A DNA stretch of 64,000 bases from Thermoguttaceae bacterium (GTDB taxonomy: Bacteria; Planctomycetota; Planctomycetia; Pirellulales; Thermoguttaceae), in NCBI GenBank assembly GCA_051651625.1, contig JBOFSQ010000111.1:229-64228 (forward strand), read 5' to 3'. This document shows positions 34,633 to 44,477 of this stretch, piece after piece. A program made the translations under genes and the position numbers. Below the pieces are notes generated by a model. That model ran no database searches. It had not been told where the DNA came from and was given only the letters and a program-made list of their open reading frames with translations. Numbering within the stretch: position 1 is the first letter of the stretch; each line of letters opens with the position of its first letter.

Positions 34633-35643
34633 TCACCGCAGTGATTCTTCGAACTCTTCAATCGACTTGCACTCCAGTGCGAACTCCGTTAGCGATTCGA
34701 GGACGACTGAATCACGAATTGCCATCACGCGGTCTTCGACATGCTGTGGCACCGTGCGAAGACGCTTCTTAAGAATGCGAAGAAGTGTGCGTGCCGCGCC
34801 TTCCACCCTGCCTCGTGCTTCGCCTTCTGCTCTCCAAACCTCTACCATCGTTGGCATTTTATCGTCTCCTGTTTCTTGTTGAATTATCGGGGCAAACTGT
34901 TCGTAGTTGCGTTTTAGTCGCTTCGCGCTGCTGACCAAATAAAGCCAAATCAATCTCGCCAAACGCAAGTATTCCGGCTCAACCAAATTTTGCGTCTTTA
35001 GCTCGCGAAAAACTTCTATCGCCATCGTACCCACATCGCGCCGAAAAACTGCTCGCAAAATTGTGAGTACGGCTTTGAGTTCGGGCACTTCCGCGTCGCA
35101 TGGAATTTCATCGTTCTGGCTCAAATCGAAAAGAATCGCTTCCATCCGTGGGAAGTAACGCTCGACGCCCGGAAGCTGCGAAAACATGTCGAAAAGTTGC
35201 GTCACTCCCGTAAACGCCGACTCGCCGTGGTAGACAATGATCGGCACCACCGGCGGAAAACGATACTTCTTCGCACTGAACCGTTTCTTAGCTTGCGATT
35301 CGCGCAAGTTCATCTGACAAATTAACTGGACATAACACCAAAGCTGAAAAATTGTCAGCGCGTCGTTGTAACTCTTGTGCTCAAGCACTGCAAAAAAGTC
35401 AACGTGTTGTTTTGTGCGTTTGATCGGTACGCGATAAATTACGTCGGCGACTTTGCCTTTGAAGAGGTCGCTTGAAAGGTCGCGCGGCAAGACATTGAGT
35501 TTTTTCAAGTCGAGAAACGGTAGCGTCTTCGGCGGGAGCGTTTTTTTGAGGAATGCTTCCGCGAACCGTTTTTCCCCAAACGTTTCGAGAAAAAACGTGT
35601 TGTGCGTTACTTCTGCCGGCACTTGAAAATGTTCACCGCTCAT
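34633..35643 (-). CDS. Rpn-family recombination-promoting nuclease / putative transposase (YhgA-like PD-(D/E)XK)
   Basis: HNTFFLETFGEKRFAEAFLKKTLP...ADVIYRV...DFFAVLEHKSYND matches the Rpn N-terminal nuclease pattern. Start MSGEHF at 35643. Confidence 0.7.
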   Translation of the reverse strand: MSGEHFQVPAEVTHNTFFLETFGEKRFAEAFLKKTLPPKTLPFLDLKKLNVLPRDLSSDLFKGKVADVIYRVPIKRTKQHVDFFAVLEHKSYNDALTIFQLWCYVQLICQMNLRESQAKKRFSAKKYRFPPVVPIIVYHGESAFTGVTQLFDMFSQLPGVERYFPRMEAILFDLSQNDEIPCDAEVPELKAVLTILRAVFRRDVGTMAIEVFRELKTQNLVEPEYLRLARLIWLYLVSSAKRLKRNYEQFAPIIQQETGDDKMPTMVEVWRAEGEARGRVEGAARTLLRILKKRLRTVPQHVEDRVMAIRDSVVLESLTEFALECKSIEEFEESLR

Positions 35644-35705
35644 GGCGTGACATTGTAACCGCGACGATGGAAAATCGTAGGGGGCACGAGAGAGACGTGG
35701 CGAGG

Positions 35706-35820
35706 AATCAGAGCGGGAAGCGTAAGCGAGTGCCGCGTCAGAGAAGACGCAGCACAAACGAAATACCATCAGGATTGGTTCCCGCTTTCGCGCCGAACGA
35801 CGGTATGTGGCGGGAATGGT
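35706..35820 (+). repeat. Family B unit + degenerate family C segment
   Basis: aatcagagcgggaagcgtaagcgagtgcc ... ggttcccgctttcgcg ... ggcgggaatgg. Confidence 0.8.
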
Positions 35821-35823
35821 TAC

Positions 35824-36294
35824 TTACTTCTTGCCAGCCGATGGTTTTTCTACAACGATGTCTCGCTTAATAGCACCACTCCCTTTGGCAATTTCGAGCG
35901 TCATACCTGAAGTTGCACCTTCAAAGTATTTCTGATCAATAAGCGGTATTTGCTTTGGCATTGCTCTTGGTGCTGCATGACGCCCCGCTCCACCACCAGA
36001 CGTTGACGCAGAATCGGCAAATGTTCCGATAAACCATCCTTTGTACGTTCCGGGTGGCACACCATCATTAACAGTGACACCACCCAGCGTAAACTCACCT
36101 TTGGCGGTAAGGGGCGACGAAACACGCGTAGTCGCGGACTCGAAGACAATAGTCCCCTTCGTTAGTGGTGTACCATCTTCAAACTTAACCGTCCCTTTGA
36201 CCACCGTGTTCTGCGAACATCCAACGACAAACACAAGTGAACAACAAGTAATGAGCGAACCTACAAGACGCGTAAGTGATAGTGGCAGATGCAT
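35824..36294 (-). CDS. Small lipoprotein (carboxypeptidase-regulatory-like beta domain), DUF1559 companion
   Basis: Lipobox LVFVVGC, then GTVKFEDGTPLTKGTIVFES. Paralogous to 54124-54534. Confidence 0.7.
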   Translation of the reverse strand: MHLPLSLTRLVGSLITCCSLVFVVGCSQNTVVKGTVKFEDGTPLTKGTIVFESATTRVSSPLTAKGEFTLGGVTVNDGVPPGTYKGWFIGTFADSASTSGGGAGRHAAPRAMPKQIPLIDQKYFEGATSGMTLEIAKGSGAIKRDIVVEKPSAGKK

Positions 36295-36358
36295 GAGAAT
36301 CTCCTTCTAGTGTTCCAAAATGAACGCGAAAATAGTATCAGAAACTCGGTGCGCAATG

Positions 36359-37546
36359 TTACGGCAATGAGACGGACACACCATCATTCACTCGCGCCAG
36401 AGCGGATAACACGCTGCCCGGTGTTGTGTTGCTGATAGCACGCACTGAACCATCACCTATCGCAAAATTGCAAACGCCTGCGTGATAACTACCAAACCCA
36501 AAACCAAAGTGGGCATCGCCATTTCCGCGAAAATCATTTGGACCACGGGCAATTGTTGGACCGTTACGATGAATGGCACGCGCCACATTGAACCTCGCAC
36601 CAACATTCCACCATGCCTGCGTCAGATAGCTCCCGTCAATATCCCAACCAGCGGCATTGTATGGCGGTGAACCAACATTTTCGCTCTGATAAAAGTCAAC
36701 GACGGTCATCCCACTAACACTACCACCACCGAGCATATCTTGTGGAATATGCTTTTCCCCAACAATCAACTGATTCGACGTACCGTCTCGCCACCAAGCC
36801 ATCGTGTCGCGCGGCTCCCATTCGGCTCCAGTCAGCCCTTTTTCCCAATCGTCGTACTCGTTTGATCCGGGGCCAGCATACCGAAATGGTCCCTCAATTT
36901 CTTGTGGATAACCGAGCTGCCAGAGCCATCCCCAAGCACTACTATTCGCGGCGTCACCGTTTGTACGAATGTAGACACAGGCATAGTCGCTCAACGGGCC
37001 GTTACCATATATCCACTGTCCTGTGTCGGGGGCCGCACTGGTTGTTGCTACACCTGAACGCCGTGTCGGACACTTGTAGATTGACACGCTACCAAGCCCT
37101 TTGCGTTGTTCTTCTTTCAGTGAAGCCCACCATTTTGTATCATAGCTGCACGGCACTGTCCCTGAAATATCCTTTTCCATCTGAATCGGCAGTAGCAAAT
37201 CATAGAGAGCCTGCTGTTCAATGAACGGGTAGAGAAGTGGCCAAAACGACATCTTCTCTGGCCAAGTCATAATTGGAGGAAGTCCACGGCGAGCATCTTC
37301 AAAGTTATGGACAGCTAAAGCCACTTGTTTCAGATGGTTGGTACACTGCATCCGTCTTGCCGCTTCGCGGGCAGCTTGGACGGCGGGCAAGAGTAGGGCA
37401 ACGAGAACGCCAATAATGGCGATCACTACCAACAGTTCGACGAGAGTGAAGCCGCGAGAGCGACATCGAGAAGTAGTGGGAACAGCGGCGTCAGAGAAGA
37501 CGCCAAAGACATCACAGAGTTTGCCAACTCTGCCCCCCCCCCCCAT
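36359..37546 (-). CDS. DUF1559 / H-X9-DG protein with a prepilin-type N-terminal cleavage/methylation domain
   Basis: [37 protein letters not shown]; C-terminal [14 protein letters not shown] (H-X9-DG). The candidate ATG at 37546 is followed directly by the G12 tract. The ORF stays open up to 37708. Confidence 0.85.
   Translation of the reverse strand: MGGGGRVGKLCDVFGVFSDAAVPTTSRCRSRGFTLVELLVVIAIIGVLVALLLPAVQAAREAARRMQCTNHLKQVALAVHNFEDARRGLPPIMTWPEKMSFWPLLYPFIEQQALYDLLLPIQMEKDISGTVPCSYDTKWWASLKEEQRKGLGSVSIYKCPTRRSGVATTSAAPDTGQWIYGNGPLSDYACVYIRTNGDAANSSAWGWLWQLGYPQEIEGPFRYAGPGSNEYDDWEKGLTGAEWEPRDTMAWWRDGTSNQLIVGEKHIPQDMLGGGSVSGMTVVDFYQSENVGSPPYNAAGWDIDGSYLTQAWWNVGARFNVARAIHRNGPTIARGPNDFRGNGDAHFGFGFGSYHAGVCNFAIGDGSVRAISNTTPGSVLSALARVNDGVSVSLP
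37533..37544 (-). repeat. Homopolymer G12 (C12 on the + strand) right after a candidate start codon
   Basis: Minus strand reads TGTTAAGATGGGGGGGGGGGGCAGAG. Confidence 0.95.
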
Positions 37547-37788
37547 CTTAACATTCGGCGAGCCACAAGCAGCGCACGCCGCATCGAGCATCGTTTCCAG
37601 TCCACAAACCAAAATCATCAAAGTCTTGTACATAGTTGGTCTCCTTTCAAAAAGCGAAACACGAGAAAACGTCTGGCCACAAACAGTAGCAACCAGCAAA
37701 CACGACAAGCGGAATCGTAGCGAAAGAAATGTTAGGCGTCAATGGGGAGTGGGGAAGAAAACGTTGGTGAGGCGGGGAACGTGTGTCT

Positions 37789-37866
37789 CCATAGGACATA
37801 TAGGTCTTATATGACCTATATGTCCTATGGCACTCGCTCACCACTCGCTTACGCTTCCCGCTCCGG
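37789..37866. repeat. Family D palindrome + inverted family B unit
   Basis: ccataggacatataggtcttatatgacctatatgtcctatgg followed by cactcgctcaccactcgcttacgcttcccgctc. Confidence 0.9.
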
Positions 37867-37930
37867 TTCTTCGCGGAAACGACGAAAGAAAGCTCTTGAC
37901 AGTCGCGGCGGTTTTCGTTACGCTTCCGCG

Positions 37931-39841
37931 ATGCCTTATATTCGCAACTTACTGATACTGTTTGTTTCGTCCACCTTGATTGGTGGTGCGGGGCTGGCCG
38001 TTGTGCCGCGAACGGAAGATGACAAACCAGCGGCAAACGACGTTCACCCCGTTCTGATCGATGCCGTGTCGCCAGTCGCACCCCTGATCACAACGCAACC
38101 ACCAGCACCGGTGCCGCCGCTCGTCGTGCCGGAGACGCTTTCACAACCCGAAAGTATCATCCCCGCAACAACCGCGTCGCCGCCACCCGCAAAGTCGCAA
38201 GCGATGTTGTCGATTCCGGGTATGCCTACGCAAACGCAGTCCGCGCCAACGGTCGCACCGCAAACACCAGCCGCAACAGTACCAACCGACACCGAGTTCG
38301 AGAAACTGATACGTCTCACCGACGTTCGTTCACCGCAAGCGTGGACGCAGTTTTTTCTCAACGCATACCAAGAACGCGACTACAGAACCGCAGAGTGGTG
38401 CGTCGATTTTGAGGGGACTCGTTATCAAACCGCGTCGCTCCGCCGCGACTGTCTCTACCGGCTCGACTACGTTCTGCTGCGGCTCGCCGACACCAAACAC
38501 GTCACGTTTCCCGACAACGACAAAGAGTGCGTTGTCCGATTTCGGACGAAGGAAAACTTCGTCGATCTCACATTCGTCCGTCAACAGCACGGCCACTGGC
38601 AACTGAGCGGAACTTCGGTCGGCCAAATCGACCAGCTTTATCACGCACTCTACGGCAAGCCGCCGATTCGTATTCACTGGGTTATACAGTATCTTCCCGA
38701 ATGGATGTTTCGGATGTACTTCGGCCTGACGTGGTTTCAGTGGCTGTTTATGATCGGTGGTCTCTTTGGCGGCGTTGTCGTCTACTGGATCGTTTTGGGG
38801 ATATTCCACTTCGTCGCGCGGGCGTGGATGCATGTCATTTACCACCGCGAAATGACGCTGTCGCGGAAAGCGTGGACACCGCTTGCGATCATGGCAATGG
38901 TGACGACGTGGTACGGATTCTGCCGCGGATTTAACGGTCTACCGCCCGCCGTGACAGATACAATTCACTACACCACAACGACCATCGTCGTTGCGATGAC
39001 GGTCTTGATGATGCTCCGCGTTGTCGATCTGGTTTCGGCACTCGTTCGCAAACGCGGGCTTGGTCACAATCCGAGTATTGACGCGGTGATTGTGCCGCTG
39101 TTTTCGAGATCGGCGAAGATTCTTGTCATCTTCACGGGGCTTCTCATCGTCGCGCAAACTTACCGCTGGGAAGTGCTGCCGCTCTTGAGTGGAATGGGAA
39201 TCGGCGGTATCGCCGTCGCGTTCGCCGCGAAAGAGACGCTCGCAAACTTGTTCGGATCGCTGACCGTGCTCATTGATCGTCCGTTCATCGTTGGCGATTG
39301 GATCATAACCGGCAACGTCGAAGGGACAGTCGAAGCTGTCGGCATGCGGAGTACGCGAATTCGGACGTTCTACAACTCGCTCGTAACGATCCCGAACAAC
39401 AACCTCACGACCGCGACCATCGACAACATGGGGAGCCGTCATTTTCGGCGTTACAAGACGCTTCTCAACATACAATACGACACACCGCCCGACCGCATTG
39501 AGGCGTTTTGCGAGGGGATACGCGAACTGGTGCGGCGTCATCCGTACACTCGCAAAGACGTGTTCCATGTATACTTGCACGAGTTTTCGTCTGCGTCGCT
39601 CGATATTTTGCTGAATGTGTTTTTCGTCTGTCCCGACACGAGCATCGAGTACCGCGAACGCGGCAATCTCATCAGCGACATTCTCCACTTGGCAAACGAT
39701 CTTGACGTGCGATTTGCGTTCCCAACGCAGACAGTTCATCTCGTAAACGAATCGGATCGCCAGTACGTCGCGCTCAAGGGCGACCCGATCACCGTCGGTC
39801 GCGCCGCCGCCGCGAAGTGGCGTCCGCTCGATGATGAGTAG
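37931..39841 (+). CDS. MscS-family mechanosensitive channel with a long Pro-rich periplasmic N-terminal region
   Basis: GIGGIAVAFAAKETLANLFGSLTVLIDRPFIVGDWI. Start MPYIRNLLILFV at 37931; upstream ORF sequence is repeat-derived. Confidence 0.85.
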   Translation: MPYIRNLLILFVSSTLIGGAGLAVVPRTEDDKPAANDVHPVLIDAVSPVAPLITTQPPAPVPPLVVPETLSQPESIIPATTASPPPAKSQAMLSIPGMPTQTQSAPTVAPQTPAATVPTDTEFEKLIRLTDVRSPQAWTQFFLNAYQERDYRTAEWCVDFEGTRYQTASLRRDCLYRLDYVLLRLADTKHVTFPDNDKECVVRFRTKENFVDLTFVRQQHGHWQLSGTSVGQIDQLYHALYGKPPIRIHWVIQYLPEWMFRMYFGLTWFQWLFMIGGLFGGVVVYWIVLGIFHFVARAWMHVIYHREMTLSRKAWTPLAIMAMVTTWYGFCRGFNGLPPAVTDTIHYTTTTIVVAMTVLMMLRVVDLVSALVRKRGLGHNPSIDAVIVPLFSRSAKILVIFTGLLIVAQTYRWEVLPLLSGMGIGGIAVAFAAKETLANLFGSLTVLIDRPFIVGDWIITGNVEGTVEAVGMRSTRIRTFYNSLVTIPNNNLTTATIDNMGSRHFRRYKTLLNIQYDTPPDRIEAFCEGIRELVRRHPYTRKDVFHVYLHEFSSASLDILLNVFFVCPDTSIEYRERGNLISDILHLANDLDVRFAFPTQTVHLVNESDRQYVALKGDPITVGRAAAAKWRPLDDE

Positions 39842-39924
39842 TTCAGGTTCGGCATAGCCGAACCCTCCAGTTGTCATACGCCGCAGGCGTGGAGGGTTCG
39901 GCTATGCCGAACCGCTGTGCGGGC
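39840..39924 (-). repeat. Family A element, truncated, copy A7
   Basis: The MscS stop TAG is the first triplet of GAGTAGTTCAGGTTCGGCATAGCC... Confidence 0.9.
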
Positions 39925-39988
39925 CAAAAGCCCGCCTTAATCCCGAAGTTAGAGCTGGCCTTTGGCCCTACGGATTCGACGCGGCGTG

Positions 39989-41050
39989 TTAAGCCGTACT
40001 CACCGCGCCATCGACGATGCGGATGAGTCGGTCGGCGCGTTCGGCGAGAGACATGTCGTGCGTGACCATGACGATGGTTAACCCAGTCTGATTGAGTTCG
40101 CGGAGAAGCGAGAGAATCTCCGCCGATGCGTGGGTGTCAAGATTTCCGGTCGGTTCGTCGGCGAGTAAAACTTTCGGCTGCGCAATCAGTGCCCGCGCTA
40201 TCGCAACTCGCTGCATCTCACCGCCGGATAGCGCATTCGGTTTGTGATGACCTCGATGCGAAAGTCCAACGCGGTCGAGAAGTTCCTGCGCACGCTTGAT
40301 GTATTCTCGCCTCCGCCAACAGTAACCGAAAACACCGTCGCGGATCATCAGCGGTGACAACACGTTCTCGAGCGCAGTCAACTCTGGCAGCAAATGGTAA
40401 AACTGGAAAATGAAACCGATGAACCGGTTTCGTAGCAAGTCGCGTTCGACAGACGAGAGCCGATCAATTCGTTCGCCTTCAAAGTGAATCTGCCCGCTGT
40501 CGGGAACATCGAGCGTACCGAGAAGGTGAAGCAGCGTGCTCTTTCCGCTACCGCTCTGGCCGACGATTGAGAGAAACTCTCCCGCGCCGACACTCATCTC
40601 GATCCCGCGCAGCACCTCAACACGGTTCGCCCCCATTGGATAACTCTTCGTGAGTTGCGTCGTTGCAAGCAACGTCGGACGCTGTACTTGCGGCGGCGAC
40701 GACGGCACTTGCGGCATGGCTACTGGTGCGACGAACGCGACTGGCTCAACCGACAACGAAACGCTGTCGCTCCGTGAACGAGAATCGAACGCTGACTCAA
40801 ACGGCGATTCAGTCGGCGACTCGTCGAAGTTGCGCGACGGCGCGAAACGTGAGACCATCGTCAATGGTGATTCACCGTTCGCACGACTCGTCGTCTCGTT
40901 TGGAAAGAGTGCGTCGAGTTCGGCCAGCGCGTTTGCACGTTGACGCAGCGGCGTGGGGTGCGTTTGACGCGGCAACGCCGTCGCGGTGTCGAGACCGCGT
41001 GCAAGAAGGTGTTCACGAAACGATGAAGATGGTGGCGAAGATGCGGTCAA
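39989..41050 (-). CDS. ABC transporter ATP-binding protein (LolD/MacB-type) with a ~120-aa disordered N-terminal extension
   Basis: GQSGSGKSTLLHLLG, LSGGEMQRVAIARAL, LLADEPTGNLD. Confidence 0.9.
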   Translation of the reverse strand: MTASSPPSSSFREHLLARGLDTATALPRQTHPTPLRQRANALAELDALFPNETTSRANGESPLTMVSRFAPSRNFDESPTESPFESAFDSRSRSDSVSLSVEPVAFVAPVAMPQVPSSPPQVQRPTLLATTQLTKSYPMGANRVEVLRGIEMSVGAGEFLSIVGQSGSGKSTLLHLLGTLDVPDSGQIHFEGERIDRLSSVERDLLRNRFIGFIFQFYHLLPELTALENVLSPLMIRDGVFGYCWRRREYIKRAQELLDRVGLSHRGHHKPNALSGGEMQRVAIARALIAQPKVLLADEPTGNLDTHASAEILSLLRELNQTGLTIVMVTHDMSLAERADRLIRIVDGAVSTA

Positions 41051-41072
41051 TGTATTTGCAGTGCGTTGAGCA

Positions 41073-41170
41073 AATCAGAGCGGGAAGCGTAAGCGAGTGA
41101 ATAAGAACACGAAGCGTAAGCGAGTGCCCGAATCAGGATGGATTCCCGCCTACGCGGGAATGACGAAACG
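41073..41170 (+). repeat. Composite repeat: two family B units + family C hairpin (short form)
   Basis: aatcagagcgggaagcgtaagcgagtgaataagaacacgaagcgtaagcgagtgcccgaatcaggatggattcccgcctacgcgggaatgacg. Confidence 0.9.
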
Positions 41171-41194
41171 TGCGTGGGATTCCCGCAACTGCGG

Positions 41195-44100
41195 CTACAT
41201 TCTCATGAATCCAACGTTGAATGTGAAGAGCTGGTTCTGGTCGTTTGGCCCTTTGACGAGCGGGAAGGCGAAGTCGAGTGCGATTGGCATTGGCCCCATC
41301 ATCGGTACGGTTACGCGCAGACCAAAGCCGACCGAAACGCGGTACGGATCGTTCCACTTCGAGCCAATCGTTTGAACAGTTCCGGTATCGCAGAAGAGCG
41401 AGCCGCGAACCATGTCGTCGGCGGTGATTGGGAAGATGAGTTCTGCGGAGTTGTAAAACTCGAAACAGCCGCCGACCGGCATTCCGGTGTACGTTTGCGG
41501 GCCGAAGTCGCGCGGCGAGACGGTGCGATATTGGAAACCGCGAAGGCTCGAAAATCCGCCAGCGAAATATCGTTCGAAGATCGGCGTCGTCGATTCGGAA
41601 ATGCCGACAGCGTTGCGAATACCGAGAACCCAGCGTCCACTGCGGTCGGGGCGTTCGCGGAGCATCAAGTAGTGATTGATCTCCGCACTACCGCGAATAT
41701 ACTGATAGCCGCCAATCGTCTGCTCAACTCCGGCGGTGTAACGATGCCCTTGCGTGGCGAGATACTGATTGTCGCGCGTGTCGTGCGTCGCCGATATTCC
41801 GAACGTATAAAGCGGGTGACTTCCGAGTGCGGTCATCAAGTCGTATGCCGGAAGCTGCGGGTGATAGATGCGAGCTTCCTGACCTTGAAACGTGAGTGCG
41901 GTCGAAAAGTCTTTCGTCCAGTTTTTGCCGAGCGTTACGGTTCCGCCGACGCGGTCTTCGTACCACTCATCGTATCCGCGCTGGTAGTAGTAACCGGAGA
42001 GGCCGAGCGAGTAGTCGAGGTTGAAGAGGTACGGCGTTTGCCAACTCGCTTCGTAACGGTTGACGTTTACACCCGGCATCGCTTCGAGTCTGAATCGCTG
42101 TCCCGCACCACGGAACGAGTTGCGCCAATCTTCGAGACGAAACGGCGAACGCGGCCACCGCAGGATGTCGAAGTTTTGTTCTTCGAGAACGAATCGTCCC
42201 ATAAGTCCGGCGTCGGAGTTGACAGCAACCGACATCATCACTTGTCCGGTTCGCGTCTCTTGCACGCGAACTTTCATCGGCACGTCGTAGAGCGGACGCG
42301 GCGGACCGGAATCGTATGTCGAATTCGCCGTGTTACCGGTGATCGGGACGACGCCCAAGTTCGCTGGGCCGCGCGTCTGACCAGCGGTGACATCAGACGT
42401 TCCACCGATGCTCCCGTAAGGTGCAAACGGATTCGCAGGTTGCTGCTGCTGACCACGGTACACGGCTGAAACTTGTGGTGGTGCGAACGAAGTTTGCACA
42501 AACGAAGCCGGTGCAACTTGTGTCGGTGCAACAACTGGTGTTGGCGCGAACGAAGTTGGCGCATGCGACATTGGTGTCGGCACTGGCGCAACGTTTGTTG
42601 GCACGACTTGTTGTGGCGCAACTTGTTGCGGCGCGGTGTACCGGAATCGGAAGAAGTCGCTGTACGGCTGGAGTGCGGCGGCTTCGCGGGCTGCTTTTGC
42701 GTTTGCGGCGGCTTCCTGCATTGAGCGCGGAGTCTGTCCGCGGAAGTTCGTATCCGATGGCGGTGGCGACGCCATTTTCGTTGTGCGTTCTTCGTCGTCG
42801 CGGAGTGCTTGTTTCGGATATTCAAACGTGATTTCCGGCGGCGTTCCTTCCATCGGGTTTGTCGAAAAGATTCCCGCATACGAGAGACGACGACGACTGT
42901 CATCGACTTCGCGCGTGCTGAGAACGTCGCCGGGTTTGATCGACATGCGATTCAAAACCGTTTGCAGTTTTGTGTACGGCGCGGAACCTTCGCCGCCGAG
43001 GATTTCGACTTGTATGTCGCCCGCGCGGCAACGCGGCCCTTCTTTGACGTTGAGGACGAGGTGAACTTGATCGTCGTCGATCCGCGGCTCGACTTTCACG
43101 TCGGCGAAGACGTACCCCAAGACGCCGTATTTTTCTTTGATGCGTTTGAGGTCGGCGTCGATTGTGACTTGGTCGTAGTATTCGCCGAGCGAACTTTTGA
43201 TGTCTTGGTAGAGTTGTTCTTCGGTGAAGAGTTCGTTGCCGATGAACCGCATATCGGTGAGGCGACAACGCGGCCCTTCGTCGATCAGAAACTTGACGCT
43301 GATCCACGAGTTCGGTTTTCCCATCCCCGTATACCCTTCGCCTTCGTCGAAGAGTCTGTCAACTTTGGCGTAGAAAAATCCGAGGTTGCGGTAGTACGCG
43401 GTTAACTTTTCGACATCGCTGTCGAGCTTTTCGCGTGTGAACTGTCCATTAACAAAGTACCAGAAAATGCCGGGCTTCGACTCGATGACGGTCTTGAGTC
43501 GTCCGTCGCTGGCGATGGTATTCCCTTCAAACTTTACGTCTAACACTCGCGGTTTCGAGACGCGATAGAAAAACGCGCCGCGTGTCTCGCCTTCATCGAC
43601 GAGAAAGACTGCGCTGCGGTCGCCGACGCGGTCGCCGGAGAGAATTTCGATGTGAATGTTTGTGAAACCTTCGTCTTTGTAGAACGCTTCGAGTCGTTCT
43701 TTTGCTTGTCGAATGGCGATTGGGTCGAGTGCGTCGCCTGCTTTGAGGCCCGACTCTTCTTGCAGCTTTTTCTTGGTGTGGTGCGAATTTCCGACGAAAC
43801 GTACCGCGTGAATTATCGGACGCTCGATGAATTGAAACGTGACGACATATCCACTCGGCGTCCGTTCGACGCGCGGGTGAACGTCGATGAACCAACCTTT
43901 TTGCATCAGGGCGCGTTTGTCTTCCTCGATTAGGTCGCTGCTGAACGGTCGGTCTTTTCGGGTCTTGATAACTTTGTGAATTGTCTTGGCATCGATCTGG
44001 CGGTTGCCGTCGATTCTAACGTCGATGATGTTGTTGGCATCGTTTTGAGTTGCTGCGGCATCGGTTGGCGTCACGACGGGCGCGACGACGGCGGGCGTGT

Positions 44101-44212
44101 CGCCGCAAACTTCTTCTGCGAAGCACGACAACATCACGCAGAGCGCAGCGAGGCAAACGCGAGCGAAAGTTTGTCCTGTCGGACACGGATTGTGCAATGA
44201 TTTCTCGGTCAT
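41195..44212 (-). CDS. bamA: Outer-membrane protein assembly factor BamA (POTRA repeats + Omp85 barrel) with a low-complexity insert
   Basis: POTRA-like IDVRIDGNRQIDAKTIHKVIKTRKDRPF..., VRFVGN, C-terminal barrel ending ...FTFNVGFMRM. Start MTEKSL at 44212 is plausible. Confidence 0.9.
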   Translation of the reverse strand: MTEKSLHNPCPTGQTFARVCLAALCVMLSCFAEEVCGDTPAVVAPVVTPTDAAATQNDANNIIDVRIDGNRQIDAKTIHKVIKTRKDRPFSSDLIEEDKRALMQKGWFIDVHPRVERTPSGYVVTFQFIERPIIHAVRFVGNSHHTKKKLQEESGLKAGDALDPIAIRQAKERLEAFYKDEGFTNIHIEILSGDRVGDRSAVFLVDEGETRGAFFYRVSKPRVLDVKFEGNTIASDGRLKTVIESKPGIFWYFVNGQFTREKLDSDVEKLTAYYRNLGFFYAKVDRLFDEGEGYTGMGKPNSWISVKFLIDEGPRCRLTDMRFIGNELFTEEQLYQDIKSSLGEYYDQVTIDADLKRIKEKYGVLGYVFADVKVEPRIDDDQVHLVLNVKEGPRCRAGDIQVEILGGEGSAPYTKLQTVLNRMSIKPGDVLSTREVDDSRRRLSYAGIFSTNPMEGTPPEITFEYPKQALRDDEERTTKMASPPPSDTNFRGQTPRSMQEAAANAKAAREAAALQPYSDFFRFRYTAPQQVAPQQVVPTNVAPVPTPMSHAPTSFAPTPVVAPTQVAPASFVQTSFAPPQVSAVYRGQQQQPANPFAPYGSIGGTSDVTAGQTRGPANLGVVPITGNTANSTYDSGPPRPLYDVPMKVRVQETRTGQVMMSVAVNSDAGLMGRFVLEEQNFDILRWPRSPFRLEDWRNSFRGAGQRFRLEAMPGVNVNRYEASWQTPYLFNLDYSLGLSGYYYQRGYDEWYEDRVGGTVTLGKNWTKDFSTALTFQGQEARIYHPQLPAYDLMTALGSHPLYTFGISATHDTRDNQYLATQGHRYTAGVEQTIGGYQYIRGSAEINHYLMLRERPDRSGRWVLGIRNAVGISESTTPIFERYFAGGFSSLRGFQYRTVSPRDFGPQTYTGMPVGGCFEFYNSAELIFPITADDMVRGSLFCDTGTVQTIGSKWNDPYRVSVGFGLRVTVPMMGPMPIALDFAFPLVKGPNDQNQLFTFNVGFMRM

Positions 44213-44381
44213 GCTGATGCTGGATTTGCTGAACAATGTGAGACGATTTCCGCGTGGCAACGGTGAAGCGTACCGATTTTCCAAGCACGCTGCAAGAGGA
44301 AATCAGCGGAAAGAAAGGCCACGTCGGTACACAACACCGAGCGGCGCATCAAAAGAGAGAGGCTGGGAAAGATAGGCCCAT

Positions 44382-44477
44382 AACGGGTCGATTTGTAGGC
44401 TTCTCCCCCCTCGCGCCGCGGCCTTGCTGGGTCGCTACCGTTTTGGTACAGGAAATTCAATCCGTCTTGAGTATACC
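44382..44477 (+). other. Conserved ~95-nt element, family H, copy 1 (possible structured RNA / 5' leader)
   Basis: Aligns by eye with the reverse complement of 61973-62067 (GGTATACTCAAGAyGGwTTGAATTTCCyGTACCAAAACGGTAGCGrCCCA...GGCCGCGG...GAAGCCTACAAATCG). Confidence 0.6.

Noticed and set aside
34633-35769. The Rpn/YhgA-like gene as an active insertion sequence.
   Set aside because: No terminal inverted repeats or target duplications specific to this gene are visible. The flanks are the generic B/C repeats found all over the window. Rpn proteins are usually stand-alone nuclease genes.
39925-39988. GGGCCAAAAGCCCGCC / GGCCTTTGGCCC hairpins resembling the vapD-flanking terminator.
   Set aside because: The similarity is limited to a GC-rich GGCC-loop-GGCC pattern. 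It is too short and degenerate to claim a relationship. Most simply it is a terminator for the ABC ATPase gene.
41138-42469. 443-aa + strand ORF. There are many similar long ORFs: 5705-6682, 14648-15589, 17722-18537, 18601-19479, 22499-23632, 44848-45768, 45787-46755, 48940-49590 and 38939-39877.
   Set aside because: All lie antisense to genes with clear family signatures (bamA, the glycosyltransferase, tlpA-like, tatC, aroE-like, the RidA-like gene, the DAC gene, the kinase, CDF, MscS). They have Arg/Ser/Pro-rich compositions typical of shadow frames in GC-rich DNA.
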